A stretch of 64,000 nucleotides of DNA from assembly GCF_006345805.1 (NCBI RefSeq), contig NC_042997.1:114204001-114268000 (forward strand), written 5' to 3'. Positions 36,184-50,885 of this stretch are shown piece after piece. The position numbers and the translations under genes are program-made. Every line of letters begins with the position of its first letter. Position 1 is the stretch's first letter. Origin of the DNA: Octopus sinensis. Its lineage: Eukaryota. Below the pieces are notes generated by a model. It ran no database searches. It saw only the letters and a program-made list of their open reading frames with translations, and was not told where the DNA came from.

Positions 36184-37260
36184 GGCCCCTGGTGAAGGAG
36201 ATATCAGTCATGAACATCTCATCTTATTTTCATACATGGTGTATCTAGAACTTGAAGATAGTAGGATGTGATTTGAGGGAGATCCGCTGCTATTATTAGT
36301 ACATTGACTGTGTAGTGGTTCTCTTGTAGGCTTGTATATATTTAATGGATGTAACTAGTTAATGTTGATATTTATATTTTTTGAGACTAGATATAGTCCA
36401 CCAATTGCTTAAGGCTGGAATTGCTCCTTGCAGAATCTCTTTCTAACCAAAATGTAAAGTAACAAACAGAAAAGATTGCGCAAAATGTGTTTCTAAAAAA
36501 ATAACGATAATAAAAATAGAACTTGCTAAACGAGCAAAATAACTGATAAGATTAAGTATACAGGGCATCTATTTTTGTAAAATATTCTATAGCCATCATC
36601 ATTATTAAATAATTATTCAAAAGTGAATCTGTTACAGAATATTTTGGTTATCATGGTGCCAATATCTCCAGTGTTAATCTCTTGGAATCATAACATTAAA
36701 ATTAGCTCGGTTTACAAGGCCAGTGAAAGAAAGCCTCCCACAAAATAAATGTTTCTTTAACTAAGTGCCATGTTCGTTATTCATGAATTTAAATTTGGGT
36801 TCATCAAATATTAACCCTTTTGTTACTGTATTTCTCTTGGAATGCATTGCTTTTGTTTGAATTAATTTCGAAAATAATGAATTTAGAAAAATAGCATTGT
36901 CATTATTAAGCTGGTGTTTGGAAAATATATTAACATACTGTTTTGATGGAAGGTTTTAATTTAAATCACTTCAAAGCAGGAAGTTTGTTTAAAAGGATAA
37001 GGGTGGGGCCAGGTTAAATGTACTCTTTTATAACTGAGATTTAGGAAAATTAATCACATCGGTTCACAGTGTGTTTTGTTTTTTAACATCTGCCATTCTA
37101 TGCTAGCATGGGTTCAATGAATGTGTTATTGCAGCCTCATTTTATACCTGGATGCCTTTCCTATCACTAACCATTATCTGCTTTTCAAGTAAGGGATCAC
37201 TGTTTTACATGTCTTCAAAGGTACAAAGCCAGTGGATGATTTGTTAACAGAAAATATGAC

Positions 37261-37650
37261 AAGGCAGCAAGCTGGCAGAAACGTTAGCATGTCGGGCGAA
37301 ATGCGTAGCGGTATTTTGTCTGCCGCTATGTTCAAGTTCCGCTAAGGTCGACTTTACCTTTCATCCTTTCGGGGTCGATAAATAAGTACCAGTTATGCAC
37401 TGGGGTTGATATAATCGACTTAATCAGTTTGTCTGTCCTTGTTTATCCTCTCTGTGTTTAGCCCCTTGTGGGTAGTAAAGAAATAGGTATTTCGTCTGTC
37501 TTTACGTTCTGAGTTCAAATTCTGCCGAGGTTGACTTTGCTTTTCATCCTTTTGGGGTTGATAAATTAAGTACCAGTTATGCACTGGGGTCAATGTAATC
37601 GACTTAATCCCTTTGTCTGTCCTTGTTTGTCCTCTCTAAGTTTGGCCCCA
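37261..37650 (+). mobile_element. Tandem pair of SINE B
   Basis: Second copy begins mid-head (ggtatttcgtctgtc) directly after the first tail. Confidence 0.8.
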
Positions 37651-38257
37651 TGTGGGCAATAAAGAAATATGAGCTCATACTCATCATTGCTTGTCGAGAT
37701 TTTCACAGAATGCAAATGTTAACAAAACACACATACACACACACCTGATGGTCTTCTACACAATTTCCATATACCAAATTCCATTCATAAGGCATTGGTC
37801 AGCTTGGGGTTATAGTAGAAGACACTTGTCCAAGACACCACTCAGTGGGGCTGAACCAAAAGCCATGTGGTAGTAAAGCAATCTTCTTAATCATACAACC
37901 ATGCAGGCACCATAAAACAGAAATAAAAAGGAAAAAAAGATTTCGGCTGAGTTATTTCAGAGTGCTTTCTGTTTCTGACTGTGGAGCTGAAATTTTGGTT
38001 ATTTCAGATACTGCTTGCAAAGTTTTATTCAGAAAAGTTTAAAATAACACTGTCTTGTAGTCATGTTTGTTTGTTTTTTATTGTCTTTGATATTTTTCTG
38101 ATAGTAAAAGATATTAAAAACTGTTTTACACAAATATCTTTGCAGTATGGCTATATAACAAAAAAATTTTTTTTTTGTTTTTCTAAAGTTAGTTGAAAAT
38201 GACTCTTTACAAGTTTTCATATGACTTAGGAAATATTTGAAGATAAATGTTACATCT

Positions 38258-38481
38258 TTAACCCTTTCGTTACTGTATTTATCTTGAGATGCTGTGTGTT
38301 TCTTTCAATTATTTTAAAATATAACAAAGAGTTTAGTAAAATAACTTAGTTATCATTAAGCTAGTGTTAGGAGTATAAATTGTGACTAAGGTTTGGTGGA
38401 AGATTTTAATTAAAAACTTATGAAAACAAGACATTTGTACTATAGAGCCGGTTTCAGCCGGGTTAGTAACAAAAGGGTTAA
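38258..38481. mobile_element. Family H TTAA MITE monomer
   Basis: TTAACCCTTTCGTTAC ... GTAACAAAAGGGTTAA. Confidence 0.9.
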
Positions 38482-38919
38482 TATCAACGAATTAACGATT
38501 TTTCTAAAATCCTTATATGAAATTCTTGTGAAGAGAGTATGATTTCCACCTTGTGTATAAAAATTTGTAACTATTGAATAATAATGATAATAGCTTCAAA
38601 CTTTGGCACAAGACCTGCAATTTTGAGGCGGTGGGGATAAATCAATGACATCAACCCCAGTGCTCAACTGATATTCATTTTATCAACTATGAAAGGTACA
38701 GTTGACCTCAGCAGCATTTGATCTCAGAATGTAAAAGAGCCAGAAGAAAAACTGCTCAGCATTTTGTCTGGCATGGTAACAATTCTGCTAAGCAGAAAAT
38801 TCCTTATTGAGCTTTGAATGAAAGTTTTTGTCTAAATTTTTAGATATTTTAGCCTTTTTTGCCACTATAATTCAAATGAAATATCCTGCTTTTGTTACAA
38901 TTAATTTTTAAAATATGAA

Positions 38920-39275
38920 TCGTTGTCGTCATCGTTTAAACATCTGCTTTCCATGCTAGCATGGGTTGGAAGATTGACTGAGGGCTGGTGAACCAGATGG
39001 CTGCACCAGGCTTCAATCTTGATCTGGCAGAGTTTCTACAGCTGGATGCCCTTCCTAACGCCAACCACTCCGAGAGTGTAGTGGGTGCTTTTTATGTGCC
39101 ACCGGCATGGGAGCCAGTCAGGCGGTACTGGTAACAACCTCACTCGAATCTTTTACTCATGCCACCGGCACAGGTGCCAGTAAGGCGATGCTGGTAACGA
39201 TCATGCTCGTATGGTGTCTTTTACGTGCCACTGGCACGGAGGCCAGATAGCTGCTCTGGCAATGATCTCACTTGG
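38920..39275 (-). mobile_element. Family C with 3-4 internal tandem units
   Basis: Conserved body plus repeated gtgccaccggcac...ctggtaacga units. Confidence 0.8.
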
Positions 39276-39548
39276 ATGGTAATAAAATAACTTTGTCATA
39301 ATCTGATGCTTAGAATATAAATTAACATGGAATTTTGGTGGAAAATTTTAATTCAAATCATTTTAAACAAGAAATTTATATCGTAGAAGCAGGACAGTCT
39401 CAGGTGGGTTGATGTCAAAAAGATTAAAATTTAATGGGATGATTGTTAATCTTCACTTAAATTCAGGAAAGCTTTTTACTTGTAAATTTTAATGGATTAT
39501 GTAAAACTTAATTCCATAAATGTATTATTGGATGTTTAATAATTCTAA

Positions 39549-39954
39549 TTTTGGCACAAGGCCAGCAATTTTGAGGGGAGGGGGAAAGTTGATTACATTG
39601 ACTCCAGTATCTGACTGATACATATTTTATGGGTTCTGAAAGATGAAAGGCAAAGTTGAGCTCAACAGGAAGAGTCAGAAGAAATACCATTTAGTATCTT
39701 GTTTGATGTGCAACTAATTCTGTCAGCTTGCAAATATAATAATAATAATTTCTACTATAGGCACAGACCTGAAATTTGGGAGAGGGGATAAATCAATTAC
39801 ATCAACCCTCAGTATTCAACTGGTACTTATTTTATCAACCTTGAAAGGATGAAAGGCAAAGTTGACCTCAGTGGAATTTGAACTTAAAACATAACGGATG
39901 AAATGCCACTAAGCATTTTGCCCAGTGGGCTAACAATTCTGCCAGCTCGTCACT

Positions 39955-39987
<33 letters not shown>

Positions 39988-40580
39988 GTTTCGAATTTTG
40001 GCACAAGGCCAGCAACTGCACGGGAGCGAGTAAGTCGATTACATAAACTCATCTTTTTTATTGACTCCTGAAAGGATGAAAGGCAAAGTCGACCTCAGTG
40101 GAGTTTGAACTCAGAATGTAGCAACAGGCAAAATACCACCAAGCATTTCATCCAACATGCTAATGATTCTGCTAGCTAACCTAATAATAATAATAATTTT
40201 AAATTTTGGCACAAGGCCAGCAATTCTGGAGGAGGGGCTAAGTTAATTAGATTGACCCCCCAGAGACCAACCAGTACTTATATCAAACTCATGGAGATGA
40301 AAGGCAAAATCAGCCATTGTAGAATTTGAACTCTGAACAAGTAAAATGCCACTAAGCATTTTGTCCATCTTGCTAATCATTCTGCCAACTTGCCGTCTTA
40401 TGGTTTCAAATTTTGGTACAAAGCCAGAAAGCTTGAGGGTGGGGCTTAGTCAATTATGTCGACCCCACTGCTCAGCTGGTACCTATTTTATCAACCATGA
40501 GAGGATGAAAGGCAAAATTTGCTTCAGCTGTATTTGAACTCAGAATGTAAAGACAGATGTAATACTTTTGAGCATTTTGC
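39549..40580 (-). mobile_element. Head-to-tail array of five family B-type SINEs separated by (AAT)n
   Basis: Units start at about 39549, 39750, 39986, 40197, 40400; each has aggatgaaaggcaaa and a tRNA-like head. Confidence 0.75.
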
Positions 40581-40911
40581 TTTATATGGTATTTATTTTC
40601 ACACTAGCTGGCCCTGTGCTGTCAAAATTGACAGCTAGTTGTAGTATTTTATATATAAATAAGGTACATAATAATCACACATAGAAACATTCACATACTT
40701 CCCTTGTACATGCACACACACGCATATACTTACACAAAGCTGAAACGCTGTTTGATTTTTCTTTTCAGCATTGAATGTTCACCATCCCACTACCAGTTTG
40801 CCATCACCCTTTCCTTCCTTATTTATCTATCACCCTTTCCTTTCTCATTTATATGTTGTGACGGAGAAAAACTCAAGAGTATTATTATAGTAGATTCTTT
40901 TTTACAAGTGA

Positions 40912-41240
40912 TTATTACCTTCGCTTCAGCGAAGGCAGAGGTATTGTTTTCAGTCATGTTTGTTTGTTCATGGACAAGATATCTCAAGAACTGCTGGATG
41001 GATTCGGATGAAACTTTCAGGGATGTTTGGCCTTGTGGCTGGCACAAACTGATTAGATTTTGGGATCGATCCCGTCCCGGACAAGGATTCTGGATTATTT
41101 TTCCAGTCTTTTTACTTAATTTCTGAGAGCGGTCAAATAAATTTTTAGTATTCTCGTTTGTGAGAGCAGTCGAGCGTATTTCAGGTATTCTCATTCTAAA
41201 ACCCATCTCCTGCTAATCGTTGAGAGGACATTGGTGTTGC
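40912..41240 (+). mobile_element. Helentron-associated (HINE/DINE-1-like) non-autonomous element
   Basis: TTATTACCTTCGCttcaGCGAAGGCAGAGGT 5' hairpin followed by gtttgtttgtt and gatggattcggatgaaactttcagg; 3' end not recognisable. Confidence 0.55.
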
Positions 41241-41350
41241 TTTATTTTACTTCATTCTATTTTAAGATAAGTAATACTATGCATTTCCTCAAATTAGTCT
41301 AATAAAATGTAACTTTACTTTAATATTTCAGTATATTAACCTATTATAAT

Positions 41351-41376
41351 ATATTTTTCTTTTTTTTTCTTTTTAG
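41351..41376 (+). promoter_or_regulatory. Strong 3' splice acceptor, candidate start of the CUEDC1 first coding exon
   Basis: atatttttctttttttttctttttAG|G; long pyrimidine tract 365 nt upstream of the ATG. Confidence 0.5.
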
Positions 41377-41429
41377 GCTGAAGTATGGATGAAATAGCAA
41401 CACCAGTAATTACCTGAAGGAGAAGGGTG

Positions 41430-41460
<31 letters not shown>

Positions 41461-41741
41461 ATATATATATATCCATATGTATATACACACACACACATAT
41501 GTAAACACACACACACACACAAACACACTCATTCATGCACACAATGCATTTATATATATTTATATATATATATAACTGAATTAGATTTTTAAAAAAAAAA
41601 AGGAAAAACCTTGTCTGTTGAAGAGAAAACAAGAATCCATTTTGTATCTGTGATTCCTCTCATTTTCGTATTAAAAAAACACATAAAACAAATTAAAACA
41701 TAGAATATTAAAAAAAAAAAACATAAACAAAATTCCACAAA

Positions 41742-42029
41742 ATGGCTTCAGCTGATACTCAGAAACTGAACAACAGGCGACGGCGTGACCATCCCCGCCG
41801 AGAAACGCTGCCAGGTGGAACTGTATCGCGTACACACACACGCCAATTGGATTTTTACCAGGCTATGTCAGACTTCAAGCATATGTTTCCCAGCATGGAA
41901 GAAGATGTAATCGAAGCCATTTTGAGAGCCAATGATGGTGCTGTCGATGCCACCATCGATCAGCTGCTCACAATGAGTGTGGACACTGATGACATATCAT
42001 GTGTAAGGAAGCACACTCCATTGTCGAAG
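41742..42029 (+). CDS. CUEDC1: CUE domain-containing protein 1, first coding exon (96 codons)
   Basis: RQLDFYQAMSDFKHMFPSMEEDVIEAILRANDGAVDATIDQLLTMS closely resembles the CUEDC1 CUE domain as recalled (RRLEFNQAMDDFKTMFP...VLRANSGAVDATIDQLLQM); ends AAG|GTAAGT, a phase-0 donor at 42030. Confidence 0.88.
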
Positions 42030-42070
42030 GTAAGTGCTGTAATGATTACGAATTATTAAAATTCTAATGG

Positions 42071-42930
42071 GTGCAGGTGTGGCTGTGTGGCAAGAAGTTT
42101 GTGGCAAGAAGGCGGTGAGCTAGCAGAAATGTTAGCACGCTGGGCGAAATGCTTAGCGGTATTTCGTCTACCGTTGTTCTGAGTTCAAATTCCGCCAAGG
42201 TCGACTTTGCCTATCATCCTTTCGGGGTTGATTAAATAAGTACCAGTTATGCACTGGGGTCAGTCTAATCGACTTAATCCCTTTGTCTGTCCTTGTTTGT
42301 CCCCTCTATATTTAGCCCCTTGTGAGCAATAAAGAAATAAGAAACGTTAGCACGCTGGGTGAAATGCTTAGCAGTATTTTGTCTGCTGTTACGTTCTGAG
42401 CTCAAATCCACTGAGGTCGACTTTGCCTTTCATCCTTTCGGGGTTGATAAATTAAGTACCAGTTATGCACTGGGGTCGATCTAATTGACTTAATCCGTTT
42501 GTCCTTGTTTGTTCCCTCTATGTTTAGCCCCTTGTAGGCAATAAAGAAATAAGAAATTTGCTTCCCAACCACATGGTTCTGGGTTCAGTCCTGCTGCGTG
42601 GCACATTGGGCAAGTATCTCCTACTGCAGACTCAGGCCAACCAAACTCTTGTGAGTGGATTTGGTAGACAGAAACTGCATGGAAACCTGTCATATATATG
42701 TGAGTGTGTGTCAGTCTGTTTGTTCCCCCCCACACACACACACACTTGACAACTAGTTTCGGCATGTTTATACCTTGTAACTTAGTGGTTTGGCAAAAGA
42801 GACTGATAGAAAAAGTACCAGGCTTTAAAAGATAAGTCCTGGGGTCAATTTGTTTGACTAAAAATTCTTTAAGGCAGTGCTCCAGCATGGCCACAATCTA
42901 GTGACTGAACCAAATAAAAGATAAAAAAAA
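42071..42930 (+). mobile_element. SINE A with a SINE B dimer (about 42110-42550) inserted in its head
   Basis: A head split between gtgtggcaagaagtttg and aagaaatttgcttcccaacc; duplicated aagaa(g/a)tttg. Confidence 0.75.
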
Positions 42931-43496
42931 AACAATGAGCATTGATTTGAGATGGAGAAGACCAGCAGATTCATTGATGAGTTATGAAGCAGATATCTAT
43001 CATCTAGCCAGGTAACTAGATTATTGATTACACTGTAATGTGCCTTCGGCATTTGTACTGTAACCTATCTTGTTAATGCTTAGTGACTGACTAATTTTCT
43101 TGTTTTAAAAATAGCAGAAACAATTCATTGAGAAGATAGAAGGCTCTCTGTGTGGAAATGGTAACACAGTTTCCTGGCAAGTCATAGAGATGTATAATGC
43201 AAGACCTATCAGTCAGTTTGTTTCTCATTTCTGTCTCAAGTAAAGATACTCTGACTTGGCTCTGTTTTAACTCTTTCTTAGTAAGCTTATTCTAATATGG
43301 AATAGATAATAGTTTATTCCACTGAAGTTGTAGAGGTAAGATGGATGAGGTATTTGATTATCATATCATTGATTACTACTTTCAATCTATTGGTAAAGGA
43401 TTTTTACCTGTCACATCTAGTAACTGTTGTCACGTATCAAATCAAAAGAGAGATTTGTAGAGGTTTGCAGTTCTGGAAATATGTATGTACGTATAT

Positions 43497-44041
<545 letters not shown>

Positions 44042-44217
44042 TGTACAAAATTTTTTTTTTTGTATAGGTGGATCAGTGTAGCTATATACACACATGCAGG
44101 CAGACAGAGAGCAGAGAGTGCCCATATAGATTAAAAATGAGGTGAAATGGGGGTACTCTGATATAATGTGATGTGCCTCCCTCCAAAATTGTTCAACCAA
44201 TTAAAATTACAATGTAA

Positions 44218-44460
44218 TCATCATCATCATTGCTGAACGTCTGCTTTCCATGCTGGCGTGGGTTGGACGGTTTGACTGAAAACTGGCAAGCCAGGAGGCT
44301 GCACCAGGCTCCAACCTGATTTGGCAAGGTTTCTACAGCTGGATGCCCTCCCTAACGCTAACCACTCCGAGAGAGTGTAGTGGGTACTTTTTACATGTCA
44401 CTGGCATGGAAACCAGTCAGGTGGCACTGGCATTGGCCATGCTCAAATGGTGCTTTTTAT
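44218..44460 (-). mobile_element. Family C 3' end
   Basis: (CAT)n tail plus conserved body. Confidence 0.8.
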
Positions 44461-45340
44461 GAAAAGAAAAATTATGAACAAGAAACTTAGAGGGTGATGT
44501 ATTGAATACTGCATACAAAACAAATTTAAAAATTGCCTCTTGGAAATGGAAAGTAAAAAAAAAAAAAGGTGCAGAGGCAGTTCTTAACTACCCTTCAAAG
44601 AAATTAGGAAATTAAGAGTTAATCTAACTGAAATGGGCCTATAGCTGTCCCTTGCCTAGAACTGGTCTTCTAATTACATAGATTTATTTGGAAGGATTAA
44701 TTCTTAATTTCTTGAAATTAACTTCCCGTATGAGAGTTGCTAATGATTACTGCTAGATTTTAGTTGTCTTTCTCCCACTCAGAGTGAAATTTCTTTTGAG
44801 AAGTTTTGGTATATGCCATTTCATATACATCACTTCATTAACCTGTATTTTTTCCAAATTCTTGCCATTGTCACATTTGAGTTATTTCCCTTAGCTCATT
44901 AGCAAGAAAAGCAAGGTGGTGATGGTGGTGGTGGTAGTTGGGAGAAATTCTGAGGTACAAAATCTAATATTGAATGGGAGCCTGCAGTGGAAAGTGAGTG
45001 AAATTGCTGGAAACTACACTGACATCTTAGGACCTACTTTGGTCTTATTAAACCTCTTCGGGGAAACATTGTGTGAATGTGGGTTTTTATGGTGATTTTG
45101 GTATTTCATACTTACAGTATCATTTCTGTACTTTTACTTTATAATATACAGTAATAGCTATACAGTAAAAGTATAATGTAACATTCAACATATTTGTTTT
45201 CGTCTTCTGTATATCACCTTTGTATAATTTTATTTCAAAACATTGGCTTCCTTGAATGTGTTATGTGAATTTCAATGAGCTTGTTTTGTCTAGTTTGTAT
45301 GAACAACAGTATTATGTTTATAATAAATACAAAGAATAGA

Positions 45341-45587
45341 TATAATATATATATATATATATGTATATGTATATATATGTATATGTATATATATGTATTG
45401 TATATATATGTATATGTATATATATTATATTATATATATGTATATGTATATATATGTATATGTATATATATGTATAGTTATATATATATATATATAATAT
45501 GTATATGTGTATATGTATATATATGTATATGTATATATATGTATATGTATGTATATGTATATATATATATATATTATATATAATATG

Positions 45588-45618
<31 letters not shown>

Positions 45619-45670
45619 ATTATATATGTAATATATATATGTTATATATAATGTATATATTATATATATG

Positions 45671-45702
<32 letters not shown>

Positions 45703-46065
45703 TATATAGGTATATATATTATATATAGTAATATATGTATATTATATAATATATATATGTATATATATTATATTATATGTATATATATATTATATATATA
45801 ATATGTATATATTATATATTATATATATGTATATATTCTGTTATAATATATGTATTATATGTATATATATGATATATATATATGTAATATATATATATAT
45901 ATAATATGTAATATATATATATAATATATGTATATATATATGTGTATATATAATATGTATATATATATATGTGATATATATATATGTATATATTATGTAT
46001 AATATATATGATATATATGTATATATAATATATGTATATATATATATATATGTTATATATATATG

Positions 46066-46098
<33 letters not shown>

Positions 46099-46204
46099 GT
46101 ATATATATATATGTGTATATATATATAGTATATATATATTATGTATATATTAATATGTGTATATATATATATTTATATATATATGTATATATATATATGT
46201 TGTA

Positions 46205-46235
<31 letters not shown>

Positions 46236-46318
46236 ATATATATATATGTGTATATATATATATGTGTATATATATATATATGTTATAAGATATATATATG
46301 TATATATATATATTATAG

Positions 46319-46352
<34 letters not shown>

Positions 46353-46681
46353 GTATATATATATATGTAGATATATATATATGTATATAATATATATATG
46401 TATATATATATATGTATATATATATATATGTATATATATATATGTATATATGTATATATATATATGTATATATATATATGTATTATATATATATGTATAT
46501 ATATATATATATATATATGTATTATATATATATATATATGTATAATATATATATATATGTATATATATATGTATATGTATATATATATATGTATATGTAT
46601 ATATATATGTATATGTATATATATATATGTATATGATATATATATATATGTATATGTATATATATATGTATATATATATAT

Positions 46682-46720
<39 letters not shown>

Positions 46721-47448
46721 GTAATATATATATGTATATATATATATGTATATAATATATGTATATATATATGTATGTTATATATATGTATATATATATG
46801 TGTTATATAATGTATATATATATATGTATATATATATATGTATATATATATATGTATATATATATGTGTATATAATATGTATATATATATGTATATATAT
46901 ATGTATATATATATATGTTATATATATATGTATATATGTATATATATATGTATATATATATTGTATATATTATATGTATATATATATAGTATATATATAT
47001 GGTATATGTTATATATATATGTGTATATATATATGTGATATATATGTGTATATATATGTATATATATATGTGTATATATAGTGTATATATATATGTATAT
47101 ATATATGTATGTATATATATATTATATATATATATGTAATATAGTATATGCTATATGTATATTATGTATATGTATATATTATATATATGTATATGTATAT
47201 ATATGTATATGTATATATATGTGTATATATGTATATATATGTATATATGTATAATATTATAGATGTATATAATGTATATATATGTATATGTATATATATA
47301 ATGTATGATAATGTATATATATGTATATATATATATGTGTATATATATATATATAGTATATGTAATATATATATGTTATATATATATGTATATATAGGTA
47401 TATATATATATAGTGTATATATATGTATATTATATATATATATGTATG

Positions 47449-47483
<35 letters not shown>

Positions 47484-47614
47484 GTATATATTATGTATAT
47501 ATAGATATATATGTATATATATGTATATATATGTATATATATAGTATATAATGTATATAATGTATATATATGTATATATATATATATATGTATATATATG
47601 TATATATATGTATA

Positions 47615-47651
<37 letters not shown>

Positions 47652-47676
47652 TATATATATATATATATTGTATATA

Positions 47677-47728
<52 letters not shown>

Positions 47729-47944
47729 GATATATGGATATATATATGTATATATATATATATATATAGTATATATTATATATATATATATATATTAATG
47801 TATGATAGATATATAATATATATATATATATGTATATATATATATGATATGAGATTATATATATTGTATGTATATATATATATATATGTATAATATATAT
47901 ATATATATATATTATATATGTATATATATATGTATATTAATATG

Positions 47945-47997
<53 letters not shown>

Positions 47998-48392
47998 ACT
48001 ATATATATGTATATATATGTATATATATGTATATATATGTATATATATATATATGTATATATTATGTATATATATGTATATATATATATATATGATATAT
48101 ATATATTATATGTATATATATGTATATATATGTATATATATATATAATATATTATATATATATGTATATATATATGTATAATAGTATATATATGTATATA
48201 TATTGTGTATATATGTATATATATATATGTATATATATTATATGTATATATATGTATATATATGTATATGTATATATATATAATGTATATATATGTATAT
48301 ATATGTATATATATATATATGTATATATATATAATATATATATGTATGTATATATATATATATATGTATGTATATATATATATGTATGTATG

Positions 48393-48423
<31 letters not shown>

Positions 48424-48589
48424 GTATGTATGTATATAGATATATATATATGTATATATATATATATATGTATGTATATATATATATATATGTATGTATA
48501 TTAATTATATATATATATATATGCTATATATATATATATATATGTAGTATATATATATAATATATATGTATATATATATATATATATAG

Positions 48590-48622
<33 letters not shown>

Positions 48623-48651
48623 GATATATATATATATATATATGTATATAT

Positions 48652-48703
<52 letters not shown>

Positions 48704-48760
48704 TATGTATATTATATATATATATATATAATATATTATATATATATATATATATATATG

Positions 48761-48795
<35 letters not shown>

Positions 48796-48942
48796 TATGT
48801 ATATATGATTATTATATGTATTATATATATATGTATATATAATATAGTATATATATATATGTATATATGTATATATATATATGTATATATATATATGTAT
48901 ATATGTATATATGTATATGTTATATATGTATATATATATATG

Positions 48943-48975
<33 letters not shown>

Positions 48976-49057
48976 GTATATATATATGTATATATATGAT
49001 ATATATATATGTATATTATATATATATATATGTATATATAATATATATATATGATAT

Positions 49058-49155
<98 letters not shown>

Positions 49156-49171
49156 ATATATATATATGTAT

Positions 49172-49211
<40 letters not shown>

Positions 49212-49285
49212 TATATGATAATATATATATATAATATATATGATATATATATATATATATATGATATATGTATATATATAATATA

Positions 49286-49350
<65 letters not shown>

Positions 49351-49475
49351 ATATATATATATGTATTATATATATGTATATATATATATATATTATATAT
49401 ATATATATGTATCTATATATATATATATATGTATATATATATAATATATGTATATATATATATATAGATGTATAT

Positions 49476-49506
<31 letters not shown>

Positions 49507-49508
49507 GT

Positions 49509-49560
<52 letters not shown>

Positions 49561-49567
49561 ATATATG

Positions 49568-49627
<60 letters not shown>

Positions 49628-49662
49628 ATCTATATATATATGTATATATATATATGTATATG

Positions 49663-49713
<51 letters not shown>

Positions 49714-49727
49714 GTATATATAATATA

Positions 49728-49785
<58 letters not shown>

Positions 49786-49797
49786 TGTATATATATA
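45341..49797. repeat. About 4.5-kb degenerate (TA)n/(TATG) microsatellite array
   Basis: Near-continuous TA alternation with G interruptions; about 7 C seen on the + strand. Confidence 0.97.
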
Positions 49798-50466
49798 AGG
49801 GTGTGGATTATTGTATCGTATACAATGATATTTTGGCATCTGTTTAACTTTAAATTTTAAAATGTATTCTTTGGTATTGATTGTGGTATGTCTAATTGTA
49901 ATTTGTGAAAACTGAATGAAAAACTGAACAAAAATAGCTAAAAAGAATATGGTAGGAAAAAAGAATGACTATAGTCAGGAATAGAGAATTTAAATCGTCA
50001 AATGAGATAAAAATTAACAATGTAATTTGATGAGAAAAATTTGTTATTCATACATCAACCTTAATATGTTACAATGTAAACATCTTTTATTAGTATGTTT
50101 GCTTGTTTCTTCTTTTGTTTAATGTCTATTTTCTATGTTAGCTTGGCTTCAGTGGAGGTAAATTTTTGAGGCAGGATTTTTATGGCCAGATACACTTCCT
50201 GTCACCAATCCTTACCTGATTTTCAAGTAAGGGATTTCCATTCCAGAGGAAGAGATGGATGATGTTTGTTGACAAGAAATGTTAAACTTCACTGGTTGTA
50301 GCCCAGTTACAAAAGTGATGATTGCACCGTTTGTAATTGGGCTGCAGTCAGTGAAGTGCCGTGTACTCTCGTATCTCTGCATAATTTTGTAAACCTTCAC
50401 ACAAACTTGGGCATACATATATGTGTATGTATGTGTGTTTGTATATATTTATACACACACACACAC

Positions 50467-50514
<48 letters not shown>

Positions 50515-50521
50515 AAGAGAG

Positions 50522-50885
50522 AGGCATGGTTGTATGTATAGGAAGTTTAGTTTCCAACTTTGTGGTTTCAGGTTCAGACCCTTAGACAAGTGTCCTATAG
50601 CTTTGGGCTGACCAAAACCTTGTGAATAAGATGGAAACTGAAAGAAGCCCATTATATATACATGTGTGTATTTAAGTTTACTTATCCTGACATCACATGA
50701 TGGCTGTATGTGTTCAACCTCATACAAGCTGTCATTTGTCTGACTGTAGGGAAATATTATCTTGCTTGGAAACGAGTGAGGGTTTGTGACAGGAATGGCA
50801 TCTGGCCAAAGGGAAAATGTGCCTCAACAACTTCCATCTGACCCATGCAAGCCTGGAAAAGTGGACACTAAAACCATGATGATGT
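50522..50885 (+). mobile_element. SINE with A head and tail I
   Basis: A head ggttcagaccc...gaaactgaaagaagccc, then gacatcacatgatgg...gggtttgtgacaggaatggcatc...catgatgatg. Confidence 0.7.

Noticed and set aside
44895-44954. In-frame 60-nt candidate CUEDC1 exon (cttAG|...GAG|GTacaa)
   Set aside because: It encodes a (GGT)n-derived poly-Val stretch with no similarity to CUEDC1 as recalled, and the donor is weak; needs RNA-seq.
45275-49860. Dozens of long Y/I/M/C/V-rich ORFs (up to 326 aa), and similar HT/VC ORFs at 1511-1939, 29607-29909 and 43822-44200
   Set aside because: They are translations of microsatellites that lack stop codons; there is no coding signal.
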